Assembly (NCBI GenBank): GCA_016787925.1
Contig: JAEUSK010000272.1
Location: forward strand, 12,668 to 76,667
Source: a bacterium
Lineage (GTDB): Bacteria > CLD3 > SB21
DNA: 64,000 nucleotides
Direction: 5' to 3'
The notes under the pieces were generated by a model that had not been told where the DNA came from, did not search any database, and saw nothing but the letters and a program-made list of their open reading frames with translations. Of this stretch, positions 30,925 through 41,560 are shown piece after piece. The position numbers and the translations under genes are program-made. Position 1 is the first letter of the stretch; every line of letters begins with the position of its first letter.

Positions 30925-32921
30925 CTGGCGCTGGCTTTTATATTACTTTTGTCCAACATTTGCATACCGCCGGTGCGTCGCCGTTCTATCATCATTTTGG
31001 CCTTGGCTGCAATGCTGACCGGATCTATCCCAACGCGTTGGTAAAGTGTATTGCATTCGCCGTGCTCAACAAACTGATCCGGAAGACCCATGCGCTCGAC
31101 TTGCAGTGCTGCGATTTTATCTGTAAATCTTTTTTCCTTTTTTGATCCTTTTTCAATAAACGGTATTGAATATATCGTCTCCAAAACACCGCTGCCAAAT
31201 CCTCCGATCATAACGTTATCCTCTACCGTAATAATATCTTCGAATTTTCGGCAAATTTCCGTAAGCATCTCCTCATCCAACGGCTTAATAAAACGCGCAT
31301 TAACTACCTGCATAGTATATCCGTCCTGAAGAAGAATTTTGGATGCTTGAATTGCGTGGTCTACCATTGGCCCGACGGCAATGACGGCAATATCATTCCC
31401 TTCCTGAATCGTTTCAGATTTTCCTACTTTAATACGTTCAAACTCATCTTTTATTGTCACACCAAGTCCATTGCCACGAGGAAAACGCATGGCGATGGGT
31501 CCATCATTATAATGAATTCCTGTGTAAACCATATCCTTTAGTTCGTTCTCGTCTTTTGGAGACATGATCACCATGCCTTGAATACATCGCAGATAAGAAA
31601 GGTCAAGTGAACCGTGATGCGTCGGTCCGTCAGCACCAACAAGTCCGGCACGGTCTAAACAGAAGAAAACCGGAATATTCTGGATCGCCACATCATGAAT
31701 GATTTGATCATAAGCTCTCTGCAGGAATGAGGAATAAATAGCCACGACCGGCTTTAAACCGCTCAACGCCATTCCGGCCGACATCGTTACAGCATGTTGC
31801 TCTGCAATGCCAACGTCAAAAAACCGTTCGGGCATTTCCTTAGCCAAATATTTTAACCCTGTACCATCGGCCATCGCTGCCGTAATTCCAACCACATTTG
31901 GATTCATCCGGCACATCTTAACAACTGTTTTTCCGAACACATCTGTATAACTTGGAGCAGATTTAATTTCAACGGCGCCCGCTTCAGCTTTCTTAGGGGG
32001 GCTTACGGCATGAAACTTATTTGCATTCACTTTGTACTTTTCAACGTCTTGTTCCTCCAGTGGCATGCCCTTCCCCTTTTTGGTCAGAGCATGAATCAAG
32101 ATAGGGCCTTTCAGGTTTTTTACATCGTGTAGCAATTTGATCAGGCGCGGCAGGTCATGCCCGTCAATCGGCCCAAAGTAGCGGAATCCCAAGCTTTCAA
32201 AAAAATGCCCTGGAACCAATATCGATTTTACCCCTTCGTCGAGTTTAGCCAACCCCTGTCTTACTTTGTCGCCAAGATCATGAAATTTACCGAGCGCATT
32301 CCATATTTCGTCTTTCACTTTATTATACATCGGTGTGGAAATCAAATCGGTGAGATAATTGGACAGCGCACCAACGTTGGTTGAAATGGACATCATGTTG
32401 TCGTTGAGGATGACAATCATGTCGGTTTTCAGCATTCCTGCGTTGTTCATCGCTTCAAATGCCATGCCGCCGGTGAGCGATCCGTCGCCGATAACCGAAA
32501 CCACTTTATGATCCTGTTGCAGCCGGTCGCGCGCAATAGCCATACCCACCGCAGCAGAAATAGACGTACTGGCATGTCCTGCACCGAACGCGTCATACTC
32601 GCTTTCGTGAATCTTACAAAATCCGCTTAAGCCATCCAACTGTCGAATGGTGTGAAATCGATCTTTGCGCCCCGTAAGCAATTTATGCACATACGCCTGG
32701 TGGCCCACGTCCCAAATGATCTTGTCGGCAGGCGCGTTAAAAATATAATGTAATGCAACGGTGATTTCTACGACCCCGAGGCTGGGCGCTAAGTGTCCGC
32801 CGATTCTTGTAATTTCATCAATAACATGTTGCCGCAATTCATGAGATAACTGTACTAATTCTTCAATTGAAAGTTTTTTCAGGTCGTTTGGAACATTGAC
32901 CCGATCGAAAACTTTTCCCAT
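30921..32921 (-). CDS. dxs: 1-deoxy-D-xylulose-5-phosphate synthase
   Basis: ThDP motif GGHLAPSLGVVE..GDG..N, transketolase-like domains. The preferred start MGKVFDRVNVPNDLKKL (32921) is preceded by GAAGGGGAA. Overlaps the pta stop convergently by 4 nt. Confidence 0.9.
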   Translation of the reverse strand: MGKVFDRVNVPNDLKKLSIEELVQLSHELRQHVIDEITRIGGHLAPSLGVVEITVALHYIFNAPADKIIWDVGHQAYVHKLLTGRKDRFHTIRQLDGLSGFCKIHESEYDAFGAGHASTSISAAVGMAIARDRLQQDHKVVSVIGDGSLTGGMAFEAMNNAGMLKTDMIVILNDNMMSISTNVGALSNYLTDLISTPMYNKVKDEIWNALGKFHDLGDKVRQGLAKLDEGVKSILVPGHFFESLGFRYFGPIDGHDLPRLIKLLHDVKNLKGPILIHALTKKGKGMPLEEQDVEKYKVNANKFHAVSPPKKAEAGAVEIKSAPSYTDVFGKTVVKMCRMNPNVVGITAAMADGTGLKYLAKEMPERFFDVGIAEQHAVTMSAGMALSGLKPVVAIYSSFLQRAYDQIIHDVAIQNIPVFFCLDRAGLVGADGPTHHGSLDLSYLRCIQGMVIMSPKDENELKDMVYTGIHYNDGPIAMRFPRGNGLGVTIKDEFERIKVGKSETIQEGNDIAVIAVGPMVDHAIQASKILLQDGYTMQVVNARFIKPLDEEMLTEICRKFEDIITVEDNVMIGGFGSGVLETIYSIPFIEKGSKKEKRFTDKIAALQVERMGLPDQFVEHGECNTLYQRVGIDPVSIAAKAKMMIERRRTGGMQMLDKSNIKASAS

Positions 32922-33150
32922 ATATTCCCCTTCTAACATATTCACATAATGTTTTAAACCGTAGCAAAAGTAAGCATTTAACGGTACGTAGTCAATGAAA
33001 AATTTAGCTCTCGTTATTCGAAAACCGGCAATAGACGGCGATTTATGATGGTTCATTGTTTATTTATATTGCCTCGTAAAGTAATAATTGTTAGATTCTT
33101 CCAGCCCATCTGCATCCCTATATAATCTGTCAAATAAATTGGAGTCTACG

Positions 33151-34395
33151 ATGACGCCGATCTCTTCAACTCTTTTCAGAAAAACTATTTCGATCATCCT
33201 AGCCGGCGGGCAGGGCGAACGCTTATACCCTCTTACGAAAGACCGTTCTAAACCGGCAGTTCCTTTCGGCGGCAAATACCGCGTTATCGACTTTACTCTT
33301 TCGAATGTTATAAATTCGGGTTTTCGCAAGGTTTATCTTGTTACGCAATACAAATCACAGTCGTTAGACACTCACATACGAGAAGGCTGGAGTTTCTTAA
33401 ACGGCGAGTTGGGTGAATTTATTTACTCGATTCCTCCGCAATTTCGAACCGCAAACCACTGGTACCAAGGTACGGCTGATGCGATATTTCAGAATTTACA
33501 TATTTTGCAGGATGAAAGGCCGGAACATATCGTCATCCTTTCAGGAGATCATATTTATAAAATGGATTACCTGAAAATGCTTCAGTATCACATTGCAAAA
33601 AAAGCCGATCTGACCATCGCGGGCATAGAAGTTGAAAAAAATCTGGCGCATCAGTTTGGTGTCATGGTGGTCGATGACTCCAATGAGATCATCGAATACC
33701 AGGAAAAGCCACAGGAACCGAAGCCGCTTCCGCATAAGGAGGACACTTGTTATGTAAATATGGGCATCTACATTTTTAACGCCGAGTCCATCGCCCGTGT
33801 ACTCATCGACGATGCAAAGAAAAAAGACTCACAACATGATTTCGGCAAGAACATAATCCCATCTATGCTTGGAAATTACAAAGTTCAGGCATACAATTTT
33901 GAAGATGAGAATAAGACGGCGCGTCCCTATTGGCGCGACATTGGTACGATTGATAGTTATTATGAATCCAGCATGGATCTAGTTTCCGTTTCACCCGTAT
34001 TTAATTTGTATGATTTTGACTGGCCAATTAGAACTTATCAGGGACAGTATCCACCGGCCAAGAATGTATTTTCTGAAAGCTTTGAAGGGGGCCGTATGGG
34101 AACGGCCATTGATTCACTTGTATCCGGCGGATGTATTATCTCAGGCGGAAAGGTCGAACGATGTCTCTTGTCGCCAAACGTCCGTATTCACAGCTATTCT
34201 CACGTAGAAGAATCTATCCTGTTCAATAATGTGAGCGTGGGGCGCCATGCAAAGATCCGCAAGGCAATTATAGACAAAAACGTTAAGATTCCTGAAAACT
34301 TTGAAATTGGCTACAATATCGAGGAAGATAAGAAAAAATTCTTTGTCACGCCGTCCGGAATTGTCGTGGTTTCAAAGAACACACAGCTCCTCTAG
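33151..34395 (+). CDS. glgC: Glucose-1-phosphate adenylyltransferase
   Basis: ILAGGQGERLYPLT..KPAVPFGG.YRVIDF..SN; left-handed beta-helix C-terminus. ATG 33151 follows GGAG; the ORF-track start at 33088 is an extension. Confidence 0.85.
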   Translation: MTPISSTLFRKTISIILAGGQGERLYPLTKDRSKPAVPFGGKYRVIDFTLSNVINSGFRKVYLVTQYKSQSLDTHIREGWSFLNGELGEFIYSIPPQFRTANHWYQGTADAIFQNLHILQDERPEHIVILSGDHIYKMDYLKMLQYHIAKKADLTIAGIEVEKNLAHQFGVMVVDDSNEIIEYQEKPQEPKPLPHKEDTCYVNMGIYIFNAESIARVLIDDAKKKDSQHDFGKNIIPSMLGNYKVQAYNFEDENKTARPYWRDIGTIDSYYESSMDLVSVSPVFNLYDFDWPIRTYQGQYPPAKNVFSESFEGGRMGTAIDSLVSGGCIISGGKVERCLLSPNVRIHSYSHVEESILFNNVSVGRHAKIRKAIIDKNVKIPENFEIGYNIEEDKKKFFVTPSGIVVVSKNTQLL

Positions 34396-34889
34396 ATCTT
34401 TTTCGCACCGAGTAGAACGATTGCGTGCGCGACGACTCCCTCGCCTGCACCCACAAAGCCTAATCCTTCAGATGTGGTTGCTTTGATTGAAACTGCATCA
34501 CTGTTCAAACCCAGAACTTCCGCGATATTCTTTTTCATCTGCTCTACATACGGCGCGATTTTAGGATTCTGTAAAATGATCGTGGAATCAACATTGATCA
34601 CTGAGAAACCTCTTGATTGAATAAGTATATTCGTCTTTGATAAAAGAGACAGACTTGAGATATCTTTGAAACGCAGATCAGTGTCCGGAAAGTGCTGGCC
34701 GATGTCACCCAATGCTAAAGCGCCAAGCATAGCGTCACAGATCGCGTGCAGCAAGACATCAGCATCGGAATGTCCCAGAATTCCCTTTTCCCAGGGAATT
34801 TCAACTCCGCCAATAATCATTTTTCTGCCATCGACCAGTCGATGCACATCGTATCCCTGGCCAACTCTGATATTCACGTAATTATTCAT
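34392..34889 (-). CDS. ispF: 2-C-methyl-D-erythritol 2,4-cyclodiphosphate synthase
   Basis: GQGYDVHRL..HSDADV..HA..DA motifs; 165 aa. Confidence 0.9.
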   Translation of the reverse strand: MNNYVNIRVGQGYDVHRLVDGRKMIIGGVEIPWEKGILGHSDADVLLHAICDAMLGALALGDIGQHFPDTDLRFKDISSLSLLSKTNILIQSRGFSVINVDSTIILQNPKIAPYVEQMKKNIAEVLGLNSDAVSIKATTSEGLGFVGAGEGVVAHAIVLLGAKKI

Positions 34890-37402
34890 TCCTGATAAGC
34901 CTTCAGAATAAGAACCTCGGATGTCTTCTCTATTTCATCAATGTCCATTGTGACTTTTTTGTATTGTCCGTTCAGCCACAATTTTGTTTGATCGTAATAA
35001 TGATCACTATAAGGTTGTCCGCTTTGACCCAGAGTTAGGATGGTCAGAGGGTGCGACGGATCATTCATGCTAACGATTCTTCGCATAGAAGCGCCCAGCA
35101 ATGTTTTGAATTGAGGATCCGAATAATGATACTCTGTATTATTGACCGTGGTCGTGTTGCCCCCCATGGCATACGTTCCAACATTAAACAAATAATCCAG
35201 CGGTTTCTGTTTACCGAGCGGATGTTCAAAAGTAAGGCTATGTAATTTTCCCCAAGTCCAGCCGCCGGGTTCTCTCCCAAGTCGTTCACTCAGCAAGTCC
35301 ACTGCATCTCTGAGCGACTTCCGAATAATTTCATCGCGGTTTTCAATTTCCTTTGTGCGAACATCATCCCACCATAATGACGATTTGTTGATTAAAAGCT
35401 GACTCGTAACACGCGTCGGTATATTCGACAGCTTAATGAATGACTCAAATAAAGACTCACCCAGCTCATCTTTATAGAGATGTGTCAATAATTTTTGAAA
35501 AAACACATTAAAAATCGCGGCTCCGCGACTGTCGTGCGCCATTTTCAAGTCCCAATGCTTCAGAAAAAGATAGGACTCCCTGTATTGATAGTTTACGGCA
35601 TCTTTTGATCCTGTGTACATGAATAATGAATCATCTTTACAAGCTTCAAGAATATAGGGAACCACTTCCTTTGCATGAAATGAATAGTGGTCTTTCTGTA
35701 AGACCTGGAAGTCTTCTACGCTGAATTTCGCTTTTGCACTGAGGTATTGATCGATTCTTTTTATTCGCGACGGATGCTCCCAATAGTTGGATACAAAATA
35801 TGATGCCCAAGTTCCGCTGATTTTGTTATTCGCCGACGCCAGATATCCGCCATCCGGATTAAAACTGTACGGCAAATACTCGAATAGCACTGTACCATTC
35901 CAGTCATTCAGCATGGTTGTCCCGTCCATCATAGCGATTCCATTTCCGCTTCGCCGAATAGGTATTCCGGACATACATTGGTAACCGATGTTCCCGTCTT
36001 TGTCGGCATAAACTACATTTAAACCCGGTACCTTGTAAGTCTTGGACGCTTCACGAAACTCCGGCCAGTCCCTCGCCACATTCATCTTCCAAAAAGCAGT
36101 GACTTCCCCGCTCGCATCATGCCCGAGCCATCGAACGGAAACGGCGTCCGTTAGATCGTTTGAAATATCATATATGCCATTCACAATCGGGCCACGGTGT
36201 GTGAATGGAATTGAAAACACTACGGAAATCGAGTCTTTAATTGCTATTTCCTCAGTTGTCCACTTTAATTTTTCCCATTTTCCGTCGATCAGATACAAAC
36301 TATCTTTAATTTTTTCTTTATAAAAATCAGCGTCATCGCACATGACGTTGGTCACACCCCACGCAATATCGCGGTTATTTCCTATAACAACAAACGGCGA
36401 TCCGGGCAGCGCAAAACCTGTCACGTCCCAGCCGTCGGCTTTTAAATGCATTTCGTACCACGTGCTTGGCACACCGTGGCCTAAGTGCGGATCATTAGCC
36501 AATATGGGTTTACCACTAATCGAACGGGCGCCGCTTACTACCCAATTATTGCTTCCAATAGTAAATCCGGTGCTGCCGATCAAATCTTTAACAAACAAGT
36601 TTGCATTCACAAATTCATCCAAGATTCCGGAATAGTGATGCCCTCGGTTGCTGACAAAAGCGTTCATGTCATATCGGCCTTCCGCAGCAGTTTTAGGCAT
36701 TGTGCTCATCAAAATCCCGCTTGGCGGATCTTTAACAATTACTGGCGCATCGTTGGGGAATTGAGGCAATATATCTTGTGTTTTTTGGAAACCTACGCTG
36801 TCGAGAATCTTGTCATATGTCACATCTACATACCATCCCATGCTTAATTGCCACGCCATTAACCTCGCAATGCCAACACTGTTCTCGATCTTCCAGTCTC
36901 TTGGCGAAAACCCGAGCAGAACAAACTCGATAGGGTAATTATCCTGATTTGAATGTATGAACATGTTGACGCCGTCTGCATAAGATTGGAGCAATGCGCG
37001 CGTTCGTTCATCAAGGCTGTCTGTTATCATCTTTGCAGTACGCGCAAATCCAATGGTTCGCAGGGCTTTATCTGCTGAAAGAGTTCGCGAACCAAGAACT
37101 TCTGACAGGCATCCTTCTGACACTCTTCGCAGAAAATCCATCTGCCACAACCGGTCCTGCGCCTGCGCATACCCTGCCGCAAACATCAAATCATTCTCGT
37201 TTGCCGCAACGATATGAGGAACGCTGAACGAATCACGAATAATCTTAACGTCGGACTTTAGCCCGTATAGGCGTATTTCGCCTTTAACTTGCGGCTGGGA
37301 ACCCATAATTAGAAAATAGCCGGTAACGACAATCCCAATAAGAAGAATGCCTATGAACATAATAATGCCCCAGACAATTCTTTTTTTTCTTGTCAATTCC
37401 AT
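34886..37402 (-). CDS. Penicillin/AHL-acylase family protein (S45 Ntn-hydrolase), membrane-anchored
   Basis: N-terminal TM. GSNNWVVSG contains the Ser N-terminal nucleophile of the beta subunit after autoproteolysis. 838 aa. Its 3' end overlaps the ispF start by 4 nt. Confidence 0.7.
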   Translation of the reverse strand: MELTRKKRIVWGIIMFIGILLIGIVVTGYFLIMGSQPQVKGEIRLYGLKSDVKIIRDSFSVPHIVAANENDLMFAAGYAQAQDRLWQMDFLRRVSEGCLSEVLGSRTLSADKALRTIGFARTAKMITDSLDERTRALLQSYADGVNMFIHSNQDNYPIEFVLLGFSPRDWKIENSVGIARLMAWQLSMGWYVDVTYDKILDSVGFQKTQDILPQFPNDAPVIVKDPPSGILMSTMPKTAAEGRYDMNAFVSNRGHHYSGILDEFVNANLFVKDLIGSTGFTIGSNNWVVSGARSISGKPILANDPHLGHGVPSTWYEMHLKADGWDVTGFALPGSPFVVIGNNRDIAWGVTNVMCDDADFYKEKIKDSLYLIDGKWEKLKWTTEEIAIKDSISVVFSIPFTHRGPIVNGIYDISNDLTDAVSVRWLGHDASGEVTAFWKMNVARDWPEFREASKTYKVPGLNVVYADKDGNIGYQCMSGIPIRRSGNGIAMMDGTTMLNDWNGTVLFEYLPYSFNPDGGYLASANNKISGTWASYFVSNYWEHPSRIKRIDQYLSAKAKFSVEDFQVLQKDHYSFHAKEVVPYILEACKDDSLFMYTGSKDAVNYQYRESYLFLKHWDLKMAHDSRGAAIFNVFFQKLLTHLYKDELGESLFESFIKLSNIPTRVTSQLLINKSSLWWDDVRTKEIENRDEIIRKSLRDAVDLLSERLGREPGGWTWGKLHSLTFEHPLGKQKPLDYLFNVGTYAMGGNTTTVNNTEYHYSDPQFKTLLGASMRRIVSMNDPSHPLTILTLGQSGQPYSDHYYDQTKLWLNGQYKKVTMDIDEIEKTSEVLILKAYQE

Positions 37403-37406
37403 GTTA

Positions 37407-39914
37407 TTAACCCTGTACTTCTTTACGGCGTTTAATGACCACAGAAATGATACTTATGATCATGATCCCAGTCACACTATAAAAAGAAATGGCAGTAACC
37501 CAAATCCCCAATCTGAATTCGGCAGGTTCAAATCTGAATTCGATGACATGCTCTCCCGGCGGAACCTGAACCGAGCGTAATACATAATTAGATTTGAAAA
37601 TTTCAGTTTCTTGTCCATCGACAAACGCTTTCCAACCGTGCGGATAATATACTTCACTCAAAACTAATTGCGAAGGCTTGTCGACGTAGGCCTTAACAGT
37701 GATACGATCAGTTGTAAACTCTGTGATTTCTGCAGAACTCGAATCAAAAGGCTCTACCGCAAGGTGCGGTTTTTTTTCAAGAATTACGGTTTCTGCGGGA
37801 TTAAACGATTCGGAATTCAATAAACCAAATATAGCCGGCTTGTCTGCTTCTACGACTATCTGTTTCACAAAAAACGCTCGTGGAAGCCTGTTCTTATTTT
37901 CATATATAAGCGTTTTATTCGCTTCATCCAATTTACTCAGGAAAAACCCTTTGCCTTGCGGGAGCTGGCCGTTCGCTATCAAGTATTTCACATTAAGCAT
38001 ATTCACCACGTTCATATTGACCGGGAATTGCGGGTCGGCGCCTTTATAAAGCGCAAAATCAATGATATCCTGGTAAATCCTCATCTTCGCCGGACTATAG
38101 CCGCCGACGCTCTGCAGACCGTAATAAGTCCATACCGGCGAGCCTGACTGAGCGTGTTCTAGTAGCGAAAATATCCTGAAATTGGTGGTGTCAGATCTCA
38201 AAAAGCGGATAGTCTCGGTCTCCTGAAATTCATAAGTCATCCCGGCGCGGGCCTGAGGGCGCAATATTTTCTTATTTAAGCTAAGAGTATCAAATACCAG
38301 GACGATCAGCAAGACGGACATTGCAATCGAATAAGATATTTTTTCACGCAGATAGAAATATATCATGGATAGAATGATCTCGAGCATGATGGCAAATTTT
38401 ACAAAACCGCCACTCAACGCATCGAACCGCAACTGCTTCAATTGAGCTATCTGGGGGGCGCTGTAGCGCTTCACATCGTCCTCCGCCAGGAGTGAGAACG
38501 CATTGGAAAAACCGCTTTTAAATATGGTTGCAATGATTAAGAGCACACCGATACCTGCCATGAAGTACAAAACAGCCTTCTCAAACGTCTTACGTTTTTT
38601 TTGCTCCTCAGCTGTAGGATTAAAAATATAATCAAGTCCATAACATGCAAGCAGCGAGACCGTAAAAGCAAATATTGACAAAATCATGGAAGGGACACGA
38701 AACTTACTAAAAAACGGCAAGACGCTCAGCATCAATTGGAAAAGTGGTTCAAAAAACCTGCCAAACGAGATGAGCAATGCGAAAACGGACGTTGCGAACA
38801 GAAATTTGGTCATCATGTTGCGCCGATAGATAACTCCAACTATCGCGGCAATCATCGGCAAAAGGCCAAAATAAAATGCGGAAGAGGTAAATGTCATCCA
38901 ACCCCAGTAATAGGGACTTTCAAGTCCAAAAAAAGTCGGAATAAAGAAAGTAATAGACTCCAGAGGATGAAAAGACCACATCGTGATATAATCAAACGTC
39001 ATTCCGCCTCCTGCCGCCATTGCCGTTGATTCGCTTAAAGCCGGCGGGACAGCGCGCATCGTAACATCGGAATAAACATATAATGAAAAATAATTAACTG
39101 CTCCAAACGCAAGCCCAACCAGCATTGCGGCAGCTAACCCAAACCCGTTCTTTATAAGGCCCGCTTTGTCCGTTCTATACTTGTCAATTATTAGGAACAC
39201 AAAATAAATTCCGAGCATCAGGAAAGCATAATAAATGATCTGAGTGTGTCCCGGATCAAGAAAAAAAGTTCCCATGATAAAACCCATTATCGACCAATTT
39301 AATATGTTTCGATCTTTGAAGAATCGAAAAACGCTCCACATTACGAGCGGAATATACGCGATTGTCTTAACTTTTCCGCCATGACCTGCTGCTACAGAAG
39401 CGACGAAAAAATTGCAGAACATATACGCAATCGCCGCCACCAGCGCGATCAAAGGACTGAATCCAAGTTGCCGGGCAAGCAGAAACATGAATACACCGGC
39501 AAAAAAGAAAATGGCTACTTCCCATGAATTATCACGATTAAAAAAAGCAATATTCACTGCCCAATTAACATAAGTCATAGGATTGACATAGGCCTGATAT
39601 TTATAAATTGGTATATGCGCCGGATCGCTGTACATACCGCTGGCAAAATTAGGCATCCCGGAAAACGTATACGGAAACCATAGAGGCATCGAACCTTCTT
39701 TTTCAATAAGACTTTGCGCAGCTCTAGAATTACTAATGCTTGCGGATATATCACCACCGGTTGTAAAGACTTTGTTCTGCAATACATAATCGCTAAACAA
39801 AAAAAGAACCAAAGCGTACAAAAACAATACCGCCAGCGCATCCTTCTGCCAACTATTCAGAACCGGCGTCGTTTGTCCCTTATCCGTTTTTAGTTTGAGA
39901 TTCGGTTTTGCCAT
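37407..39914 (-). CDS. YfhO-family polytopic membrane protein (GT-C-type glycosyltransferase-like)
   Basis: More than 12 TM helices with a C-terminal soluble domain. Size and topology match YfhO/DUF2723-type GT-C transferases. The probable start MAKPNLK is at 39914; the ORF-track start at 40016 is an upstream in-frame Met. 4 nt gap to the acylase. Confidence 0.5.
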   Translation of the reverse strand: MAKPNLKLKTDKGQTTPVLNSWQKDALAVLFLYALVLFLFSDYVLQNKVFTTGGDISASISNSRAAQSLIEKEGSMPLWFPYTFSGMPNFASGMYSDPAHIPIYKYQAYVNPMTYVNWAVNIAFFNRDNSWEVAIFFFAGVFMFLLARQLGFSPLIALVAAIAYMFCNFFVASVAAGHGGKVKTIAYIPLVMWSVFRFFKDRNILNWSIMGFIMGTFFLDPGHTQIIYYAFLMLGIYFVFLIIDKYRTDKAGLIKNGFGLAAAMLVGLAFGAVNYFSLYVYSDVTMRAVPPALSESTAMAAGGGMTFDYITMWSFHPLESITFFIPTFFGLESPYYWGWMTFTSSAFYFGLLPMIAAIVGVIYRRNMMTKFLFATSVFALLISFGRFFEPLFQLMLSVLPFFSKFRVPSMILSIFAFTVSLLACYGLDYIFNPTAEEQKKRKTFEKAVLYFMAGIGVLLIIATIFKSGFSNAFSLLAEDDVKRYSAPQIAQLKQLRFDALSGGFVKFAIMLEIILSMIYFYLREKISYSIAMSVLLIVLVFDTLSLNKKILRPQARAGMTYEFQETETIRFLRSDTTNFRIFSLLEHAQSGSPVWTYYGLQSVGGYSPAKMRIYQDIIDFALYKGADPQFPVNMNVVNMLNVKYLIANGQLPQGKGFFLSKLDEANKTLIYENKNRLPRAFFVKQIVVEADKPAIFGLLNSESFNPAETVILEKKPHLAVEPFDSSSAEITEFTTDRITVKAYVDKPSQLVLSEVYYPHGWKAFVDGQETEIFKSNYVLRSVQVPPGEHVIEFRFEPAEFRLGIWVTAISFYSVTGIMIISIISVVIKRRKEVQG

Positions 39915-40065
39915 GATGATTCCAATAAATGTGGGAGAGTTATTCGGGAAAAAAGTAATTAAAAATTCAATGAATATCAAAATGTATTTTCGTGTCAAAC
40001 TTGAACAAATCTTCATAAAGGGCTATATTCAGACTAGATAACAAAAGACAATCCCCATTAGCTAT

Positions 40066-41112
40066 ATGTATTTGAGAAGCCCTTTATACGATATTCTGAA
40101 AACTCAAGGCGCAGTATTTAAAAGTTACGATGAATTCCTATTTGAACTCCCCGCCCATTTTGTATCTATACAGCAGGAATACCGGTCTTTGAAGCAGGCG
40201 TGCGTGTGTATTGATTTTTCGTACTACGGCAGTATTAAACTAACCGGGAAGCATGCACAGGATTTCCTGAACAGAATGTCAACCAATAATCTAAAAAACC
40301 TAAATATCAACGAATTTACATCTACTGTATTGACAAATGACAAAGGCCGGATCATTGACTTGATCGTTGTGTATCGTTTAGTAGACGGGCTTTTGATAAC
40401 TACTTCACCACAGAATCATATTAACATCATCGCTTGGCTGGAAAAGTACATCATAATGGATGATGTCAAGATAGAAAATCTTTCGTCCAAAATCATTCAA
40501 CTCGGATTGATAGGTCCACGAAGTGCCGACGTTCTGATCACGATGACCGCAATGGATCCGCCTAAACAAAATCATGTTGTCCAATTTTTGATCGCCGGGA
40601 ATAGTATTTATGTCGCACGTTCACACCAACTCGATGAAGGATTCCTTCTCGTAACCGATATTTCCGGGATCGATGCCTTGTGGAATTTATTTGTTGCGCA
40701 AGATATCGGCGTGTGCGGAATGGACGCATACTTAGCCGCCCGCATCGAACAGAGGAAACCGATTTTCCGGCGAGAACTTACCGATAAATATAATCCGCTG
40801 GAAGCGGGGCTGGCACAAGCCGTCAGCTTCAATAAGGGTTGTTATATCGGACAGGAAGTTATTGCGCGACTGGACAGTTATAATAAAATTCAAAAACACT
40901 TGGTTCTCCTCAAATCTGAAGAACCTGTTTCTCTCGGCAGTAAAATTACAGCAGGTAACCAAGAAATTGGCATTGTTACCAGCAGTTCATACTCATACAG
41001 CAACAAACAAAACCTGGCATTAGGGTATGTAAAAACTGAATTTACATCTGGAACGGCGTCATTTACGATATTTACGGATGGCAAACTTATTCATGCAGAA
41101 ATTTGCCCGTAA
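40066..41112 (+). CDS. ygfZ: YgfZ/GcvT-family folate-binding protein
   Basis: Conserved KGCYIGQE motif; aminomethyltransferase-like fold; 348 aa. Confidence 0.7.
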   Translation: MYLRSPLYDILKTQGAVFKSYDEFLFELPAHFVSIQQEYRSLKQACVCIDFSYYGSIKLTGKHAQDFLNRMSTNNLKNLNINEFTSTVLTNDKGRIIDLIVVYRLVDGLLITTSPQNHINIIAWLEKYIIMDDVKIENLSSKIIQLGLIGPRSADVLITMTAMDPPKQNHVVQFLIAGNSIYVARSHQLDEGFLLVTDISGIDALWNLFVAQDIGVCGMDAYLAARIEQRKPIFRRELTDKYNPLEAGLAQAVSFNKGCYIGQEVIARLDSYNKIQKHLVLLKSEEPVSLGSKITAGNQEIGIVTSSSYSYSNKQNLALGYVKTEFTSGTASFTIFTDGKLIHAEICP

Positions 41113-41125
41113 ATTCAAAAATAAC

Positions 41126-41154
41126 TTGACAATGAGAATTAAATTCTTTATTAT
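41126..41154 (+). promoter_or_regulatory. Sigma70-like promoter for the HU gene (TTGACA, 17 nt, TATTAT)
   Basis: Consensus -35 hexamer, 17 nt spacer, near-consensus -10. AGGAGAG RBS before ATG 41190. Confidence 0.45.
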
Positions 41155-41189
41155 TCGGGAGTTGGGACACCTGACTTTAGGAGAGATAA

Positions 41190-41501
41190 ATGAAAACAAT
41201 GACAAAAAAAGACGTATCGAAACGCGTTGCGGACAAATTGAACGATAAGGTTCATAACGTTGAACATACTGTAGATATTGTCTTTGAATCCATTCGAGAA
41301 ATTCTTTCTGAGGCTGATCCCGACGTTCGCATTGAGATCCGCGATTTCGGTGTGTTTGAAGTAAAAACCACCAAAGCAAAGCCAAAAGCCAGAAATCCTA
41401 AGACCGGCGAAATTATATACGTTCCTCCGCGTCGGAAAACACACTTCAAACCGGGCAAACTCCTTAAAGAAGTTCTGAAACAACCGTTGAAGGATATTTA
41501 A
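41190..41501 (+). CDS. hup: HU/IHF-family DNA-binding protein
   Basis: RNPKTGE..VP.R..FKPGK arm motif; 103 aa. Confidence 0.85.
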   Translation: MKTMTKKDVSKRVADKLNDKVHNVEHTVDIVFESIREILSEADPDVRIEIRDFGVFEVKTTKAKPKARNPKTGEIIYVPPRRKTHFKPGKLLKEVLKQPLKDI

Positions 41502-41521
41502 TTTTTAATAAAAAAAAGTTT

Positions 41522-41558
41522 AAAAGCCATGGCCTATCAGTCATGGCTTTTGTTTTTT
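41522..41558 (+). terminator. Rho-independent terminator after the HU gene
   Basis: Perfect 10 bp stem AAAAGCCATG/CATGGCTTTT with a 10 nt loop, followed by a T-run (TGTTTTTT). Confidence 0.55.
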
Positions 41559-41560
41559 GT

